Of a DNA stretch of 44,367 nt, positions 23,501 through 35,950 are shown piece by piece (the first letter of the stretch is position 1; each line of letters opens with the position of its first letter). Under the pieces are notes generated by a model that saw only the letters and a program-made list of their open reading frames with translations, was not told the origin of the DNA and did no database searches. The stretch comes from Craspedostauros australis (Eukaryota). The position numbers and the translations under genes are program-made. The stretch spans positions 1-44,367 of the forward strand of contig JALAGF010005749.1 in NCBI GenBank assembly GCA_030167865.1, written 5' to 3'.

Positions 23501-25336
23501 AAACCAGGAACGTTAAAAGCAAACGCTTTGCAGTGCGAACTGGTCGAAGACAATGCCAAGAAGGGTAGGCGATGAAGGCCCCTTCGAGTGCGGCGCGCTG
23601 TACGCGGACACCAACAGCGGCTGCGACAACCACAACAACAGCAGCAACGGCAAGATGAGAGACATGCGGCGAACACCTACGGTGAAACAATCACGGATGA
23701 AGTGTCTATCGGAACTTCGGAAGGATCGATCACGAGTGCGGGCGTTGATTCGGTTAAGTGTGGTCGTGGTTCAGACTTTGGCTCAGTTCTTCGTTGCCTC
23801 CGAAAGTGCCGCTGCGTGGCTTCACGCCTGACATAGCTGCGTCACGTCATTCCCGCTCACACGCAATGTTCGGCAGAGTGATTGTGTTGCGCTTGCATCT
23901 GTGGGGTGTTGTGATGGACATGGAAGTTGGAGCGTCCGAGTGCTGTATGGAAATCCTTGCCTCAGAGAGTGTGCTGAGAGTATAGCAGAGAAAGCAGTTG
24001 TGTGTGTGTCTGCGTGCAACATTCTGCACGGAGATTTGCAAGGAGGAGAGCGTCGCAATGTGCGCGGTATCGTGCAGAATGCCATTGTGACCGCCAATGG
24101 TCGATGTTGTGGCTGTGCCGACTCTGACTGACATTGCTGGAGAGGATGTTCGGGCTCTCTCGTCTGCCTCCTCGAGATTGGAATGGAATTGAGAGTACTG
24201 CGAGTAGTCGTAAGGGTATGAGGACTTTGCGCACTCTCCGGTTGAACCTGTTTTTACGAATCCGGCTTTGGGTTTGTGGAGAGGGAGGGAGGTCCATGGA
24301 ACACAAGGGAGATTGGTGGGGAGGCAACTGGATCAGTCGATTAGATGATCGTCGGACGTGTCGGAGGGTCGCAGACAAAGGCATTAAACAGACAGCACAA
24401 CACGGTGGTGCGGCATAAATAAAATGAAATTCTACGACCAGACCAACGAACAATGCTCCCGCCAACCCAGACGCGGCGAAAAGGAAAAATACAGCAAACA
24501 GAAATGGAGGGAAGCACGGAAAGGAGAACTACGTGCGCCACCTGCCGGAGGCCCCCAACACTAAAACCACGACAAACACACAACACTCACCGAACTGCCC
24601 AGCCAACGAGTTGAACAAGGTACCGCCGTGTTCGAGACAGCAAGACAACAGAGGCACCAGCGACCACCACGTCCACGTTCGCGTTCACGTCCACGTCCAC
24701 ACCCACCGCCATTGCAGTCACATGGTCGCCTGTTGCACCCGTTGCTCTTGGTCGTTATTGGTGGCTGGATCGATTAGATCGTAATTGGTTGCTCTTCCTG
24801 GGTTCCTTCCCCTGAAGGATCTCCGCTGGCCTTGGCCCCTTCTTTCGGATGAACTGATCCTTGATCATTTCACTTTCTTCATCCCATCCGTGCAAGTATC
24901 TGTACTTCTGCCATACCCATCCGGCCTCATTGGAGTGATCGCAACCACAAGAGAGTGAAGCAGAGAGTGAACTTGAACTTGAGTGTAAGCGTGAACGTGA
25001 ACGTGAGTGTGAGTGTGAGTACCATTACAGAGTACCATTACAACAATCGCAAGACCATCATCTGCAACAACAGCAACAACAGCAACAGCAACAACATCCT
25101 CACGGGAAGCAGCATAGACCAACCACTCAGAGAGGCATCCATCTGACCACACCAACAACAACATTCTCTACCGTGCAAACAATCGTATAATAGCATTGTG
25201 CCCAAGCAAAGAGCGAAGGGAGCTTCTGCAGTCCGACGATAGAGTAGCACAATAGCAGAGTATCAGAGTAGCAGAGTATCAGAGTAGCAGAATAACGTGC
25301 ACTTACCCCAACGACACAGCAGCAGCACAGAGCAGT

Positions 25337-25403
25337 ACAGGACAGGACAGGACAGGACAGGACAGGACAGGACAGGACAGGACAGGACAGGACAGAACAG
25401 GAC
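25337..25403. repeat. (ACAGG)n microsatellite
   Basis: Directly visible tandem array. Confidence 0.95.
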
Positions 25404-26382
25404 GGGAGCTATCAACAGCAAACGAAGGAGGCCATCCTCGGAGTCGTTGCCGACAAAACACACATGCGCTCGCCTTTGCATCTCCCGCCAACGTCGTTAC
25501 GCAACTCTGCAACAGAGTCTTCGTTCTCTCTCTGGAGACGATACTGTTTCTCCCATCCACCCACACTCACGAACAGAGACACCGGACGCCTGCTTGCGAC
25601 TGCTTCCATCAGACACTTTGCGTTCTCAAAGGGACAAGTAACAGCAGCTTCCATCCCCAGGCAACACCAATAGAACAGCGTCAGCACCACAAGCATCATC
25701 AGTGGCAGCAGCATCCACGCTCGTTAGGAGACAAAGCACGTCCTGGACACATCAACCAAGTGCCAAACACTTCGCTTGGCTCTTGAATCAGAACCGTGGA
25801 GGGCAGAAACGGAGAGGGCTATGCCTCGAAGCTGTTTCGCCCGATCGTAGATTTATCGAACTGCGCACCTCAGCCTCTCCTCAAGAAAGGAACGGCTACA
25901 AGTAGGGCTTCGGGCATTGCGAAACGGAGAGAGGCAGACAATCAAACCAAGCTGCGCTGCTACGTTTCCGGCTTCTGCTTTGAGACTCTGGGTTCAACAC
26001 CGAATCGAAGGCGCGAAAGAGATAGAGGCAACGGCACCAACAGTCACAACAACAGCCACAACAACAGCCACAACAACAGCCACAGCGAGGGTGTGTGTGC
26101 GAGAGAAGCATCTCCATCTCTTGTCGACGCTCGCTTCCGCTCGTAGCGTTGGCCTCGTTGTCGATCTCATTGTGATCTGCCTTGCAGCAGTTCAGTCAGA
26201 GTGCATACAGCAAGAGTACATACTGTACGAATGCCATTCGAGCATCAACAACACTCCCAAGAAGCTTCGTTCACACAATCGTACTCCCCAAAGACGAGAG
26301 GACGATCAACAGCAATCGAAGCGCCAACAGCAGCAGTCGCAGCACGTATCGACGTCTGCCATCCCTACGCACGCAGTCCACA

Positions 26383-29300
26383 ATGAACTTGCTTGCGATG
26401 GATGACGAACTCAATGACAGCAACTGCGGCTTCTCGCCATGTGCACAAACCTCCACTGATGGTGTCAGCAACAGCAACAGCAACAGCACCGGCAACCACA
26501 GCAGCAACACAACCACCGTCACAACTGCTATCCAGAGCGACACCAACCCGACCTTCAAGACCAGAAGGCGTCCTCACCAATCGTTGGATGTTGCGATTGG
26601 CAGACCCCGACGCGTTGGTAGCTTTGATGGTGACGACATGGATGTTGCGATGCACGGCTCTCGCAATGCAACAGCCAACTCCACCAGCGATGCCAACAAT
26701 GGCGCCGACAATGATGCGACAGATGTCAAGATCCAGCCTCAAACGACGCAGTCGACATCCGATGTAGTCCGGACGGTGCCACCGACAGCATCGACGAAGA
26801 GGAATCGAAGCAGACGCAACCTCATCAAAGGAGGAGGCGACGACCCTCTCTCACCTCAGCTACACGTCAGCACGTCTCGAACGAAGAAACCGGCATCGAT
26901 GTCGTCGTTACCAACGGCGAGGACCACAGCATCGAAATCAAGATCACGGACAACATCTTCATCACCTTCGCCCAGCAACAGAAGTGAGCGAAAGCCGAGA
27001 AGTCACAGATCGCTGGCCAAGTCGGAACTTGCGGGAACGCACCATCCCAGAGCTCGCAACACCAGCAGCCGACAGAAGCAGCCGCCGGAACGAGCGAGTC
27101 CCCGCCGCACGCAATCAGATTCGGTGCGACAAACGTTCCTGCAACGGCAGAAGAACCGGTCCATCTGGGAAGATGATGAGAACGATGAGCTTCCTGACGG
27201 CAACGACAGCAACAACAGCAACAACCAGTATTACCGTTCCGCTAGACCGCATCTGCATGCGATGCGCAGTTTCGATGAAGAGGAACAGGACAGCGACAAT
27301 GATGACATGCCATCGTTGATCCCCATGTCGGCGCTGCTCTTGGAGGAGCGCGTCGAAACATTGACCGAGCAGGAGAAGAATCGTTCGCGTGGAGGGCCGA
27401 CCCGCGTCGTCTCTCAGTCCAACTCCCTCAGAGCATCAGCCAGGAGTACTCGAACTACGGGCAGCACGTCCTCCAGCAGTGTCAGCATCAGTAGCTCCAG
27501 CACGGGCAGCACTGGCACCACTGGCAAACAGAGACCCAGGCAGACTCGTGAACTGGCGACATCTGCAATAGCAACTGCGACTGGCGGCGTCGTGGTCACT
27601 TCCATGGCACCGTCCAAGCCTCCAAGGGAGCTGCGCGACAGCCCCCCAATGCCAGCACGCAAGCCTCCAGCGAGCCCCGATTCAAGCCCGGACGATGACA
27701 ATCCTCGATCATCGTTGAGATCGAGCTCGAGGCGGCAGGAACGCAAAGAGCGGCATCACTCCTCGTCCCCGCACACATCGGGTCGTCGCAAGAAGAACCA
27801 CGATGCCAGCACCAAAGGCGCGCCTGCGATCCCCGAACGCAAGATGGGCGCGAAGAAGCCGTTGAAGCGAATACTGCGCAGCATGTCGGAAAGCAAGCTG
27901 CAAACCGACATGGCGGCGCAACCACCGCTGCAGACTCCTCACGTGGGCCAGCGCAAGGGGTACAGGAACGGTAAGCCCAGCAGCAGCAGCAGTTTGGGCA
28001 AGACATCGGCAAAGGACGTCAACGACGATGCGCCTGCCTCGGCCCCAGCTCCTGACACAGCGAAGTCATCATCGTCTTCCTCCTCGATGAAGTTCCTGCG
28101 AAAGAAGGGTCGTCTGCCCCCGCAGCCTCAGTCATCCTTCGGATCGCGCTTTTCCAGAAAGACTCTGAGCCGGAACAAGTCCGACCTTGGTGCTATGACA
28201 TCAACAAGCCGTGGCAAGTCGAGAGATGCGACAAGGACGCAGCAGCAGCAGCAGCAGCACCGCCAGAACACCATCGGTATGCCCACGGCGGCAGCTGCAA
28301 CAACCATATCAACACCTGGCAGCAAGAAGGACGGAAGCAAGAACAAGCTCTTCTCGATGTCCGGCATTCGCAAGTCGTTCTCGTTTTCGAAGGGGAAGAA
28401 GAGCCAGAGCCGACGTGCACAGGCATCCACGGATGAAGGCGAAACAAGCATCGGTGATGGCAATGGCGGGATCAGACATGCCCAGAGCTCCCGTCAGGAC
28501 AAGGATACGAGCGTGAATGTCGCCCGCGAAGGCAGCCACATGAACTCTGACAAGGCGGATGTTGTAAGGCGCGGCGTGCAAGATGATCCGGACACATCAG
28601 GACTGAGTGGATGGATCAAGCCGACGGATGGCCCCACCAAGGCATCGAGGCAGTCGGAACATTCCAGAACGCAGCACACTGAAACCACGGCAACCACCAT
28701 GTCCACGTGGGACCGGTCCGAGTCGAACAGCTCATCGAACTCCATGGGATACTTCTTGGACGACAGTATTTCGGACGGCATGGACATGCCGCCACCCTCG
28801 CAGCTCACCAACATTGTCGAAGAGCGCGCATCGTCGGAGTTTAGCGAGAGGAAGCCACGGGCGCGACCGGACGCACCAAAAGCTTCGACGGATTTGCCAC
28901 CGTCCCCGCTCCTCGATCATCTCGAGAAGTACAGGGAGACGAAGACCCAATCCAATCGCATCGAGCTCGATGAAGATGACACGATCATCTCGGATACGCC
29001 TCTCAAGATCCCGCAACGCCGCACGAGGTCGTCGTCGCCGGAACCGCAGCGTATGTACGACTGTCACGATCCCAACGCAACGACGTCGCACGGTGCAGGC
29101 GCCAAGATGCGCGGGCGCAAAGTCAGGAAGAGCGTCCTGTTCGACCGCGTTATCGTGCGAGAGTACGAGCGATGCGTGGGCGACAGTCCAGCGGTTAGCT
29201 CAGGACCGCCAATCGGTCTCGACTGGGGGTATTACGCCGTACAAGAGTTCCGCGTGGAGGTGTTCGAGAACAACATCCGTCGTCCCGGTCCACGAACCCG

Positions 29301-29661
29301 TCGCGACTTCTTCCTGTCGCCTCAGAAGCGATTTCACATGCTCCTGGACGAATGGGGATTCAGCGTCCAGGAGATCTGCGAGGCCAAGGATGAGGCCGCG
29401 GAGATCCGTCACCAACGCCACATCTCGGCAGCAGCGCCATCCTACGAGGAACAGGACCGGTATCAGCCCGCGTCCGAGAGCAGCAGCGCCAGCAGCATGC
29501 GTGATGTGCCACCCAAGACCATGGTCAGGCGACGCACAATCGATAACTTCTCCACCAACGCACCATCAAGCAATAGCGATGATCCTCCTGTCCCACCCGC
29601 GCCGCCATCGTCGCGGGGTCAGGATCGATGGAATCCGTGTCCATCTCCTGTCTCGGCGTAG
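26383..29661 (+). CDS. Large Ser/Thr/Arg-rich disordered protein (1092 aa) with a C-terminal 'VxF..VREY..GDxP..SSGPP.LDW' motif domain
   Basis: Long uninterrupted ORF with coding-like codon usage. KSVLFDRVIVREYERCVGDSPAVSSGPPIGLDWGY is also found in the gene at 35951-37323. Confidence 0.88.
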   Translation: MNLLAMDDELNDSNCGFSPCAQTSTDGVSNSNSNSTGNHSSNTTTVTTAIQSDTNPTFKTRRRPHQSLDVAIGRPRRVGSFDGDDMDVAMHGSRNATANSTSDANNGADNDATDVKIQPQTTQSTSDVVRTVPPTASTKRNRSRRNLIKGGGDDPLSPQLHVSTSRTKKPASMSSLPTARTTASKSRSRTTSSSPSPSNRSERKPRSHRSLAKSELAGTHHPRARNTSSRQKQPPERASPRRTQSDSVRQTFLQRQKNRSIWEDDENDELPDGNDSNNSNNQYYRSARPHLHAMRSFDEEEQDSDNDDMPSLIPMSALLLEERVETLTEQEKNRSRGGPTRVVSQSNSLRASARSTRTTGSTSSSSVSISSSSTGSTGTTGKQRPRQTRELATSAIATATGGVVVTSMAPSKPPRELRDSPPMPARKPPASPDSSPDDDNPRSSLRSSSRRQERKERHHSSSPHTSGRRKKNHDASTKGAPAIPERKMGAKKPLKRILRSMSESKLQTDMAAQPPLQTPHVGQRKGYRNGKPSSSSSLGKTSAKDVNDDAPASAPAPDTAKSSSSSSSMKFLRKKGRLPPQPQSSFGSRFSRKTLSRNKSDLGAMTSTSRGKSRDATRTQQQQQQHRQNTIGMPTAAAATTISTPGSKKDGSKNKLFSMSGIRKSFSFSKGKKSQSRRAQASTDEGETSIGDGNGGIRHAQSSRQDKDTSVNVAREGSHMNSDKADVVRRGVQDDPDTSGLSGWIKPTDGPTKASRQSEHSRTQHTETTATTMSTWDRSESNSSSNSMGYFLDDSISDGMDMPPPSQLTNIVEERASSEFSERKPRARPDAPKASTDLPPSPLLDHLEKYRETKTQSNRIELDEDDTIISDTPLKIPQRRTRSSSPEPQRMYDCHDPNATTSHGAGAKMRGRKVRKSVLFDRVIVREYERCVGDSPAVSSGPPIGLDWGYYAVQEFRVEVFENNIRRPGPRTRRDFFLSPQKRFHMLLDEWGFSVQEICEAKDEAAEIRHQRHISAAAPSYEEQDRYQPASESSSASSMRDVPPKTMVRRRTIDNFSTNAPSSNSDDPPVPPAPPSSRGQDRWNPCPSPVSA

Positions 29662-30153
29662 ATCCCATGTCAGTGGGTACGAGCACTGCATGGCCCCCTT
29701 CATCTCTAGCAAATCAGCAAGCGATGCTGTTCCCATACAGGGCACATAGCTGCTGGTAGAGTGACCGAGATAACGTTAAAGCTACAGTTGTTTGCCATCA
29801 CTATCCTTGTCCCATGCGTAGCCGCAGATGGTAGCTATACGAGTCGAGGTGAGACTCCTGCAAGAAGTGTTTCGGATCGTCGCTCTGCAACTCTCTCTCT
29901 CTCTCTCCCTGCATGGAAGCAAACAAAGAGCACGCTTCAGATCCAAGAGAAGACGAGAGAAAACGATGTAATACCATCCCAAGCACTGTCCACGCTACAC
30001 TGCATTACACGACACATGCTATCTGCAAACACCCGCATAAACTATCACTACGTACTATTCCGTATTACAATATGTGATAGAGTATTCAACTATTTCCCTT
30101 TCTTCATAATTTCTCTTCACGATTTCTATTGACTCTGCTTTTCTTGCGTCTAT

Positions 30154-31290
30154 CTAACACACCTTCTTGGACGGATCGACGTCGGGCCGATTCTTCTGCG
30201 CGAACGTGAGGAGCCGCTTGACGCTGGTGAGGTACTTACGTTGCAGTTCGCTGTTCATGACGTGGGCCACATTGGACGATTCGATTTTGGCGCGACCGGT
30301 ACGAGCGTGGATACCCACCATGGTGACACCGATGGGCCATGCCGCTCGACCGATGGCGACATCCAGGTAGGCATCGTGAGCCTTGACGAATTCGCCTTCC
30401 TTCGCGTGGTTGACGATCTTGACGAGATGCGCCTCCATGCCGGGTTCGATGCGACGGCGTTTGCACAGCTTGAACAAGGGACGGATGTAATCCTTGCACT
30501 GTTTGAAGGTCTTTGTTTCGTTGCGACCTTGGACAGAGAAGGTTTCCTCATTCTGGCGTTGCGACAGGTGCTTCTCCCAATCCTTGAGCAGACCCTTCAA
30601 GAAGCGGTAGATGAATTTCGGCGGGTCGTCGCTGTAGTCAGCCTCGCCGTTGCCGTCGTTGTTGGCGCCACCGCTGTCATTGTCATTATCATCGTCCTCC
30701 TCATCATCTGAATCATTCTTGCCTTTGCCCTTGGATGCCATGTCATCCTTTTCCAGGAAGGTGTTGCGGATTCCAAATCCTTTGCCCAGACGGAATTCTT
30801 CCATTTCCGACAATCCGGCAAGCTTCTTCTTCTGCTGTTCCTTGGCCTGCTTGAGACGTTCGATCCGCTGCGTATGCGTCTCACCGAAGTACCGCACGAC
30901 GAGACCGAAGTCACGGAATTGCTTTGTGATGCGTAATGGCGTGAGTTCATCCTTGCTGCTGCTCGTCTTTCCGTCTTGGCTGCTGTCTCCTCCATTCGCC
31001 GAGGTTTGCGCTTGCTTGCTGCTGGCTTCTTTCTCCGCCTTCCTGCGCTTCTTGCGGTCCTTCTTGCGGCTCTTCGTGGCGTCGCGCTCCTCCGCCTCCG
31101 CCTCCGCCTCCCGTTCGGCCTGTCTCTTACGGTCCTTCTTGACACGGCGCTTCTCCTCTCGTTCCCTCTCCTCCTCTTCCTCCTCCATGCGACGAATGTC
31201 GCTGGCCTTCATGTACTTCTTCTTGGTCTGCTGCTTGGCCTTGGCCAAGGCTTCCTTCTTTCGTTTCATCTCTGCCTTGAGTAGATCCAT
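30154..31290 (-). CDS. PRP18: Pre-mRNA splicing factor Prp18
   Basis: N-terminal MDLLKAEMKRKK, a PRP4-like segment (RYFGETHTQRIERL), and the invariant C-terminal loop YLDVAIGRAAWPIGVTMVGIHARTGRAKI..VAHVMNSELQRKYLTSVKRLLTFAQ. Confidence 0.95.
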   Translation of the reverse strand: MDLLKAEMKRKKEALAKAKQQTKKKYMKASDIRRMEEEEEEREREEKRRVKKDRKRQAEREAEAEAEERDATKSRKKDRKKRRKAEKEASSKQAQTSANGGDSSQDGKTSSSKDELTPLRITKQFRDFGLVVRYFGETHTQRIERLKQAKEQQKKKLAGLSEMEEFRLGKGFGIRNTFLEKDDMASKGKGKNDSDDEEDDDNDNDSGGANNDGNGEADYSDDPPKFIYRFLKGLLKDWEKHLSQRQNEETFSVQGRNETKTFKQCKDYIRPLFKLCKRRRIEPGMEAHLVKIVNHAKEGEFVKAHDAYLDVAIGRAAWPIGVTMVGIHARTGRAKIESSNVAHVMNSELQRKYLTSVKRLLTFAQKNRPDVDPSKKVC

Positions 31291-31946
31291 GGTTGCTGCT
31301 GTTCTTATTCTTATTCTTATTCGCGTTGTGATGTTGCGTCGTTGCGTTGTCTTGTGATGGACTGGCGAGGTTCCTGATTTGATTGATAGCAATAGGATGG
31401 AGAAGAGCACTTTTATAGTCAGTATAGCAGTTACGAGGAGAATAGATGCAACTGTCAGCCGCTAATGATGAGTTGGATTGACTTGGGTTGGAGGTAGGTG
31501 GAGATGCAGTGTCAATGAATACTGTGGCTCGCACGAGTGAAGGTGTCGTATGTTGATGTTGCGTTGTGCGTTGTGTGCGTTTGTTGGTTCACAAACTTGT
31601 CGCAAATTCATGTTTTTCATTTTTCTCTCTTGTTTTTGTTGGGACGAAAGGCCCCAGTCTGTGCGTCGTACGCTTTAGTCGTGTTCGGGAACGAAGGTGG
31701 AAGAATCCAATGATGGTGATTGCCACCAACAACGACAACCATCACAATGCCCTTCTTTGTTCCTTTCCTTCTTTCATTGCGCAGACACACGCCAATTCAT
31801 CGGTTCCCATCAACCTAGCAAGCGACAACCATACTTGTGTAGTACAATAGATCGTACCAATACATATGTATTATAACAGTTCAGGCGATCGGTGCCCACT
31901 ATCACACATTGTCGCGTGCAGTACCGCAGACAGCAAAACAAACGAA

Positions 31947-32414
31947 ATGACGCATTACGAACGTCTCGGGGTGGCAGACACCGCGGCGTACGACGACATC
32001 AAGACCGCGTTCCACCGGTTGGCCAGGAAGCACCATCCTGACAAACTGCAACAGGCACGCAATGCACTTGACTCCGGCGCAAAGAACGGCGCGGATGGGC
32101 CACAGACCATGAGGCAGATCCAACTGGCATGGGAATGCCTGCGCGATGCGGACAAACGCAAGCAGTACGATGACATGCTGCGCCTGCAGACGCTCAAGGT
32201 CCGCATGAACGAAACGAAGGCCATCGATGTGGAGCTGCGCGATCTGGAGGTCGTCGAAGATGAGGAGACGGGGGAACGAGGATATCTGCATGAATGTCGC
32301 TGCGGCGAATGCGTGGAGGTATGGGAATCGGATCTGCATCGCGGCGGTGCATTGTGCGAGATGGACTGTCCTGGCTGCTGTTTTGTGTACAGGGTGATGT
32401 CCACCACATCATGA
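31947..32414 (+). CDS. DPH4: Diphthamide biosynthesis protein 4 (J-domain plus CSL zinc finger; DNAJC24-like)
   Basis: THYERLGV..HHPDK J-domain followed by ECRCG...DCPGCC(F)VYRV CSL-type zinc finger. Confidence 0.9.
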   Translation: MTHYERLGVADTAAYDDIKTAFHRLARKHHPDKLQQARNALDSGAKNGADGPQTMRQIQLAWECLRDADKRKQYDDMLRLQTLKVRMNETKAIDVELRDLEVVEDEETGERGYLHECRCGECVEVWESDLHRGGALCEMDCPGCCFVYRVMSTTS

Positions 32415-33380
32415 AAAGCCTGCCGCAGACTGCAACAGCAGCACACAAACAACATCTAGTATGCACAGTGAAAACAAGAGACAGCCTCTTGTTGCGCAGA
32501 TCCAGTTTCGTTGGATGATGGTAGAGTGGGGACTATGATCCAACAAACAAACAAGTCATCGTTGGCAAAATCATGGCGGAATCAATTCGCATCGAAAAGC
32601 GGACCCCGGTCGCAGTCCATGCACACGCACTACTCGCAGCAGAATGATCTTCAAAACGATCCCACGCACATACGCACTGTGCGTGTCAAGCCCAAACGCT
32701 TGCGCTCCGGAGATAGGGTGAAACTGATCACCATGATGTAAGTGATTGCAGGGTCAGAGGGAAGAGATACAGTCCAGTTCGATGCTTGCATCGCGGTGGA
32801 ATGTCTGCCCCATGGCCAACAGGCGCAGGCAATCGCCCATCACACACAGCATTCCATCCAGCGCACCGTCTTGGACTTCGATCGATCGCAATCCGCAAGA
32901 GTGAAGCCAACCGCAGTGGCAACAGTCGCACGAGTACAGACACAAGCATGATGGACACCGTCTGGCATCAAGATCATCCATTGAAACCGTTCGAGTCTTT
33001 GACAATTTGCAAAGAAGGTGATGCCTGGTCACGTTTGAATGAGGCAATCGAGTAGTTGCAACGATTCAGCACTGAATCTTTCTCCAAGAGCAACACAACT
33101 CAGCAGAGCAGAATGTCATCTTAGTCGAATGGACTCCCCACTTCTAACCATTACTTCTGTCGATATAAGAATGATTGCAAGTGAGTTTATCAGTATTTTG
33201 ACATCTCGTGTAATTCTACTCATGTTTCAAATGGGATCATTATTGAACCGCCTACACCATACTCGTGCGATACGCTGCGGCCAATTTCCAAGCGGATATC
33301 GAGTCGAGTACTCTGCTACACCGCACTGTTCTGCACTGCACTCCACTCCACCAGTGTTCTCCTCCGATAGCATGCACTGT

Positions 33381-34639
33381 CTAGCGACCGAAGAAGCGAC
33401 TCTTGCCATGCACGCTCTTCTCGAACTTCTCGTCGGCATCTCCGAGCAAGTTGAGGAGGAGGGAGTCGGCGTTGAGGTAGACCTTGTTGCCGGACGAAGC
33501 AACGATGTCGGCAATGTCACGCGCAGCATCAATTCGGCGCAGCTTCATGAAACCAGGGTTCTTCTTGACGGCGTGGCCGATGAGTTCGGCGGACTCGGCT
33601 TCTCCCTTCGCCTTGGTGATGATGGTCTTCTTCTCCTGCTGTGCTCCGATGACGATGTATTTGGCGCGCTCTGCGTCTTGTTGGGCTGTGGTACGCATGG
33701 GGATAGTTGCATGTGTGATGTTTGTTTTGTTTTATTTTGAATGGGAATTGGGTGAGTGGAATTGAGCGGGATGAGGCATGCACAGGCAATTGCACTGGCA
33801 AATGGAATGTCACCAATGCAAGCAGCGTGAAATATTTCTTCTGACTTGCATGATACAGTAAAACAATGGAAGACAAACAGAACAATCTTCCTCTGACGAA
33901 AGCATTGAAATACCCATTCCGACGTGTTCATTCGAAATGATGACACATCGTAGAGCATTGGAAACGTACCAACTTGCTTGGCCTCGACGGCACGGGCGTA
34001 TTCCGGAGAGAAACTGAGATGGGTGATGGCAACATCCTCCAGCAGGATGTTGAAAGCGCCAGCACGACGTCGGAGGTCGATGGATATTTCTCGGCTGACC
34101 TGGTCACGCTTGGTGAGGAGCTCGTTGGCGTTGTACCGCGCGACGACGGCCTTGGCGCACTCGTTCATGACGGAGGGCAGCACGCGCTCGTCGTAGTTGA
34201 CGCCGAGGACGCGGTAGATCTTGACGAGGTTGGACGGATCTGGCTTGTGCAGGACACGGATGGCGATGGTGACCATCTGCAGATCCTTGGATCCCGTGAG
34301 GGTCTGCAGATTGACGGGCCTCGTGCGGATGTCGTAGATGATGGGGCGCTCGAACCACGGGATGTTGAAGTTGAGGCCTTCGCCGTAGACGGTGTCCTTC
34401 ATTCCGAAGAGGCGGTTGAAGACGACGGCGCGGTGACCACCGTTGACGGTGTAGATGGAGTTGTAGGCACCGTATCCCAGCCCACCAGCCACGGCCAGCG
34501 CAGTGATGCTCTGCGCGGCAGCAGCTGCGGCTCTGCTTCCGCCGCCTCCATTGTTACCGCCACCTCCGGCGCCGCCGCCGCTGGACATGTTGACCTGTCT
34601 GGCCATTCGTTGGAACGCTTCTCTGAATCGTTGCGACAT
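33381..34639 (-). CDS. PHB2: Prohibitin-2; 2 exons (34639-33970, 33685-33381)
   Basis: VNGGHRAVVFNR, IPWFERPIIYDIR, TGSKDLQMV, ERVLPS, AVEAKQV|AQQDAERA, NKVYLNADSLLLNL. Phase-1 GTACGT..CAG intron. Confidence 0.95.
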
Positions 34640-35950
34640 GATGGATTGGATTTGAGTGTGTGAAAGTGCGAGTAGTGTGTTTTCGCTGGTTACAGATTTA
34701 CAGATCGTACTACAATTGTTGCAGGTATGGCTGTTGTTGTTGTCGCTATTGCTGTCGCTATTGCTATTGCTGATGTTGATGCAAAAGAGGGCTCGCTTCG
34801 GATTGATTGATTTCCGTTCTGTTGCTTTTGCTGCTGCTATTGCTCCTGCTATCGCTATTGCCTTTGCTGAAGATGATACTCTCCAAACACAGGTGAATGA
34901 AGTTTGACCTGATCTGTTGTGTTGTGTTGCGAGTGTTGCGAGTTTTGTGGGCAAAGTTTGAGAGAGGAGTGTGTTGTGGTTTGGGACATGAGCTTGAGGA
35001 CAACTCCTAACACTCCTGTTGTTGTTGCTGTTGTTGCTGTTGTTGCTGATGCTGACGATGATGGGCTTCGTGTGAGTGGGTTTGTGATCGTGAGCTTTGC
35101 GCCGAGACAGGCAACAAACAAACACGCCTTCCATTTTCTTCTTGTTGGGTCTTCGCCAGTCGTCCAGCGCATCAAAGGGATCTATTCGTCGATCGACAGA
35201 CAGACGAATCCGGAAAAGATATATTCTCATAGTATTGATATTTGGTCCATGGTATTCTTTATATACTATCGAAGGTGTACGCCGCTACCAACAAGCGATT
35301 CGTGGATCCCGACCTTACTTATGGACCCCTTTGTCACGCTTAACAATCGCAATTCGACCACGTGTAAAAGTGCCGAGAGAGAGGTCGGAACAATCCTTTC
35401 TCACCATCACCACGACCAACAAGGGGAACGCATGATCAACACCACCGAACGCAACGAAGAGGAGAGGTGATGAAGAACAAAGGCAAAACACTCGGGAGCG
35501 TCATGCGATTTCACCGCACAAAGAAGTTTTGCAGAAGACGGTGAGGAGAGCGACACCGTCAAACAGGCACAGATCATCACAGGAAGCACAACGCATAACG
35601 CACAACTCGTGGCACGCACACAGAGAGAGAGAGGCAAGAGGAGCTGAACGACAAGAAGCACAACACAACACAAAACGACAAACTCACTCACTCACGCACT
35701 CGCACGCACGCACACGCACCCAGTGAAGATCTCGTTTCCTCATTTCCATAATCGCTTCGCTCCTCTCTGAGACCATCTCTGCTGCTTCGCCTCGACCCAT
35801 TCATCGATCCATCACATCACATTGCATCGCACCGTCGCTTTGGTTGTGATTGCGCACATCAGGAGTAGCAGAACAAGCAGAGCATCCAAAGAGCCGGCCA
35901 GCAAGGGACGACAAGGGAGCGGCTTTGCGCAGCTGCATCCAACAGGGCCC

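Noticed and set aside
28607..29749. Overlapping 380-aa alternative-frame ORF and other antisense ORFs over genes
   Set aside because: These are expected shadows of GC-rich coding sequence and carry no motifs.
33545..35230. 561-aa ORF as an extended prohibitin
   Set aside because: It consists of 5' UTR and intron read-through. The spliced 2-exon model gives a normal PHB2.
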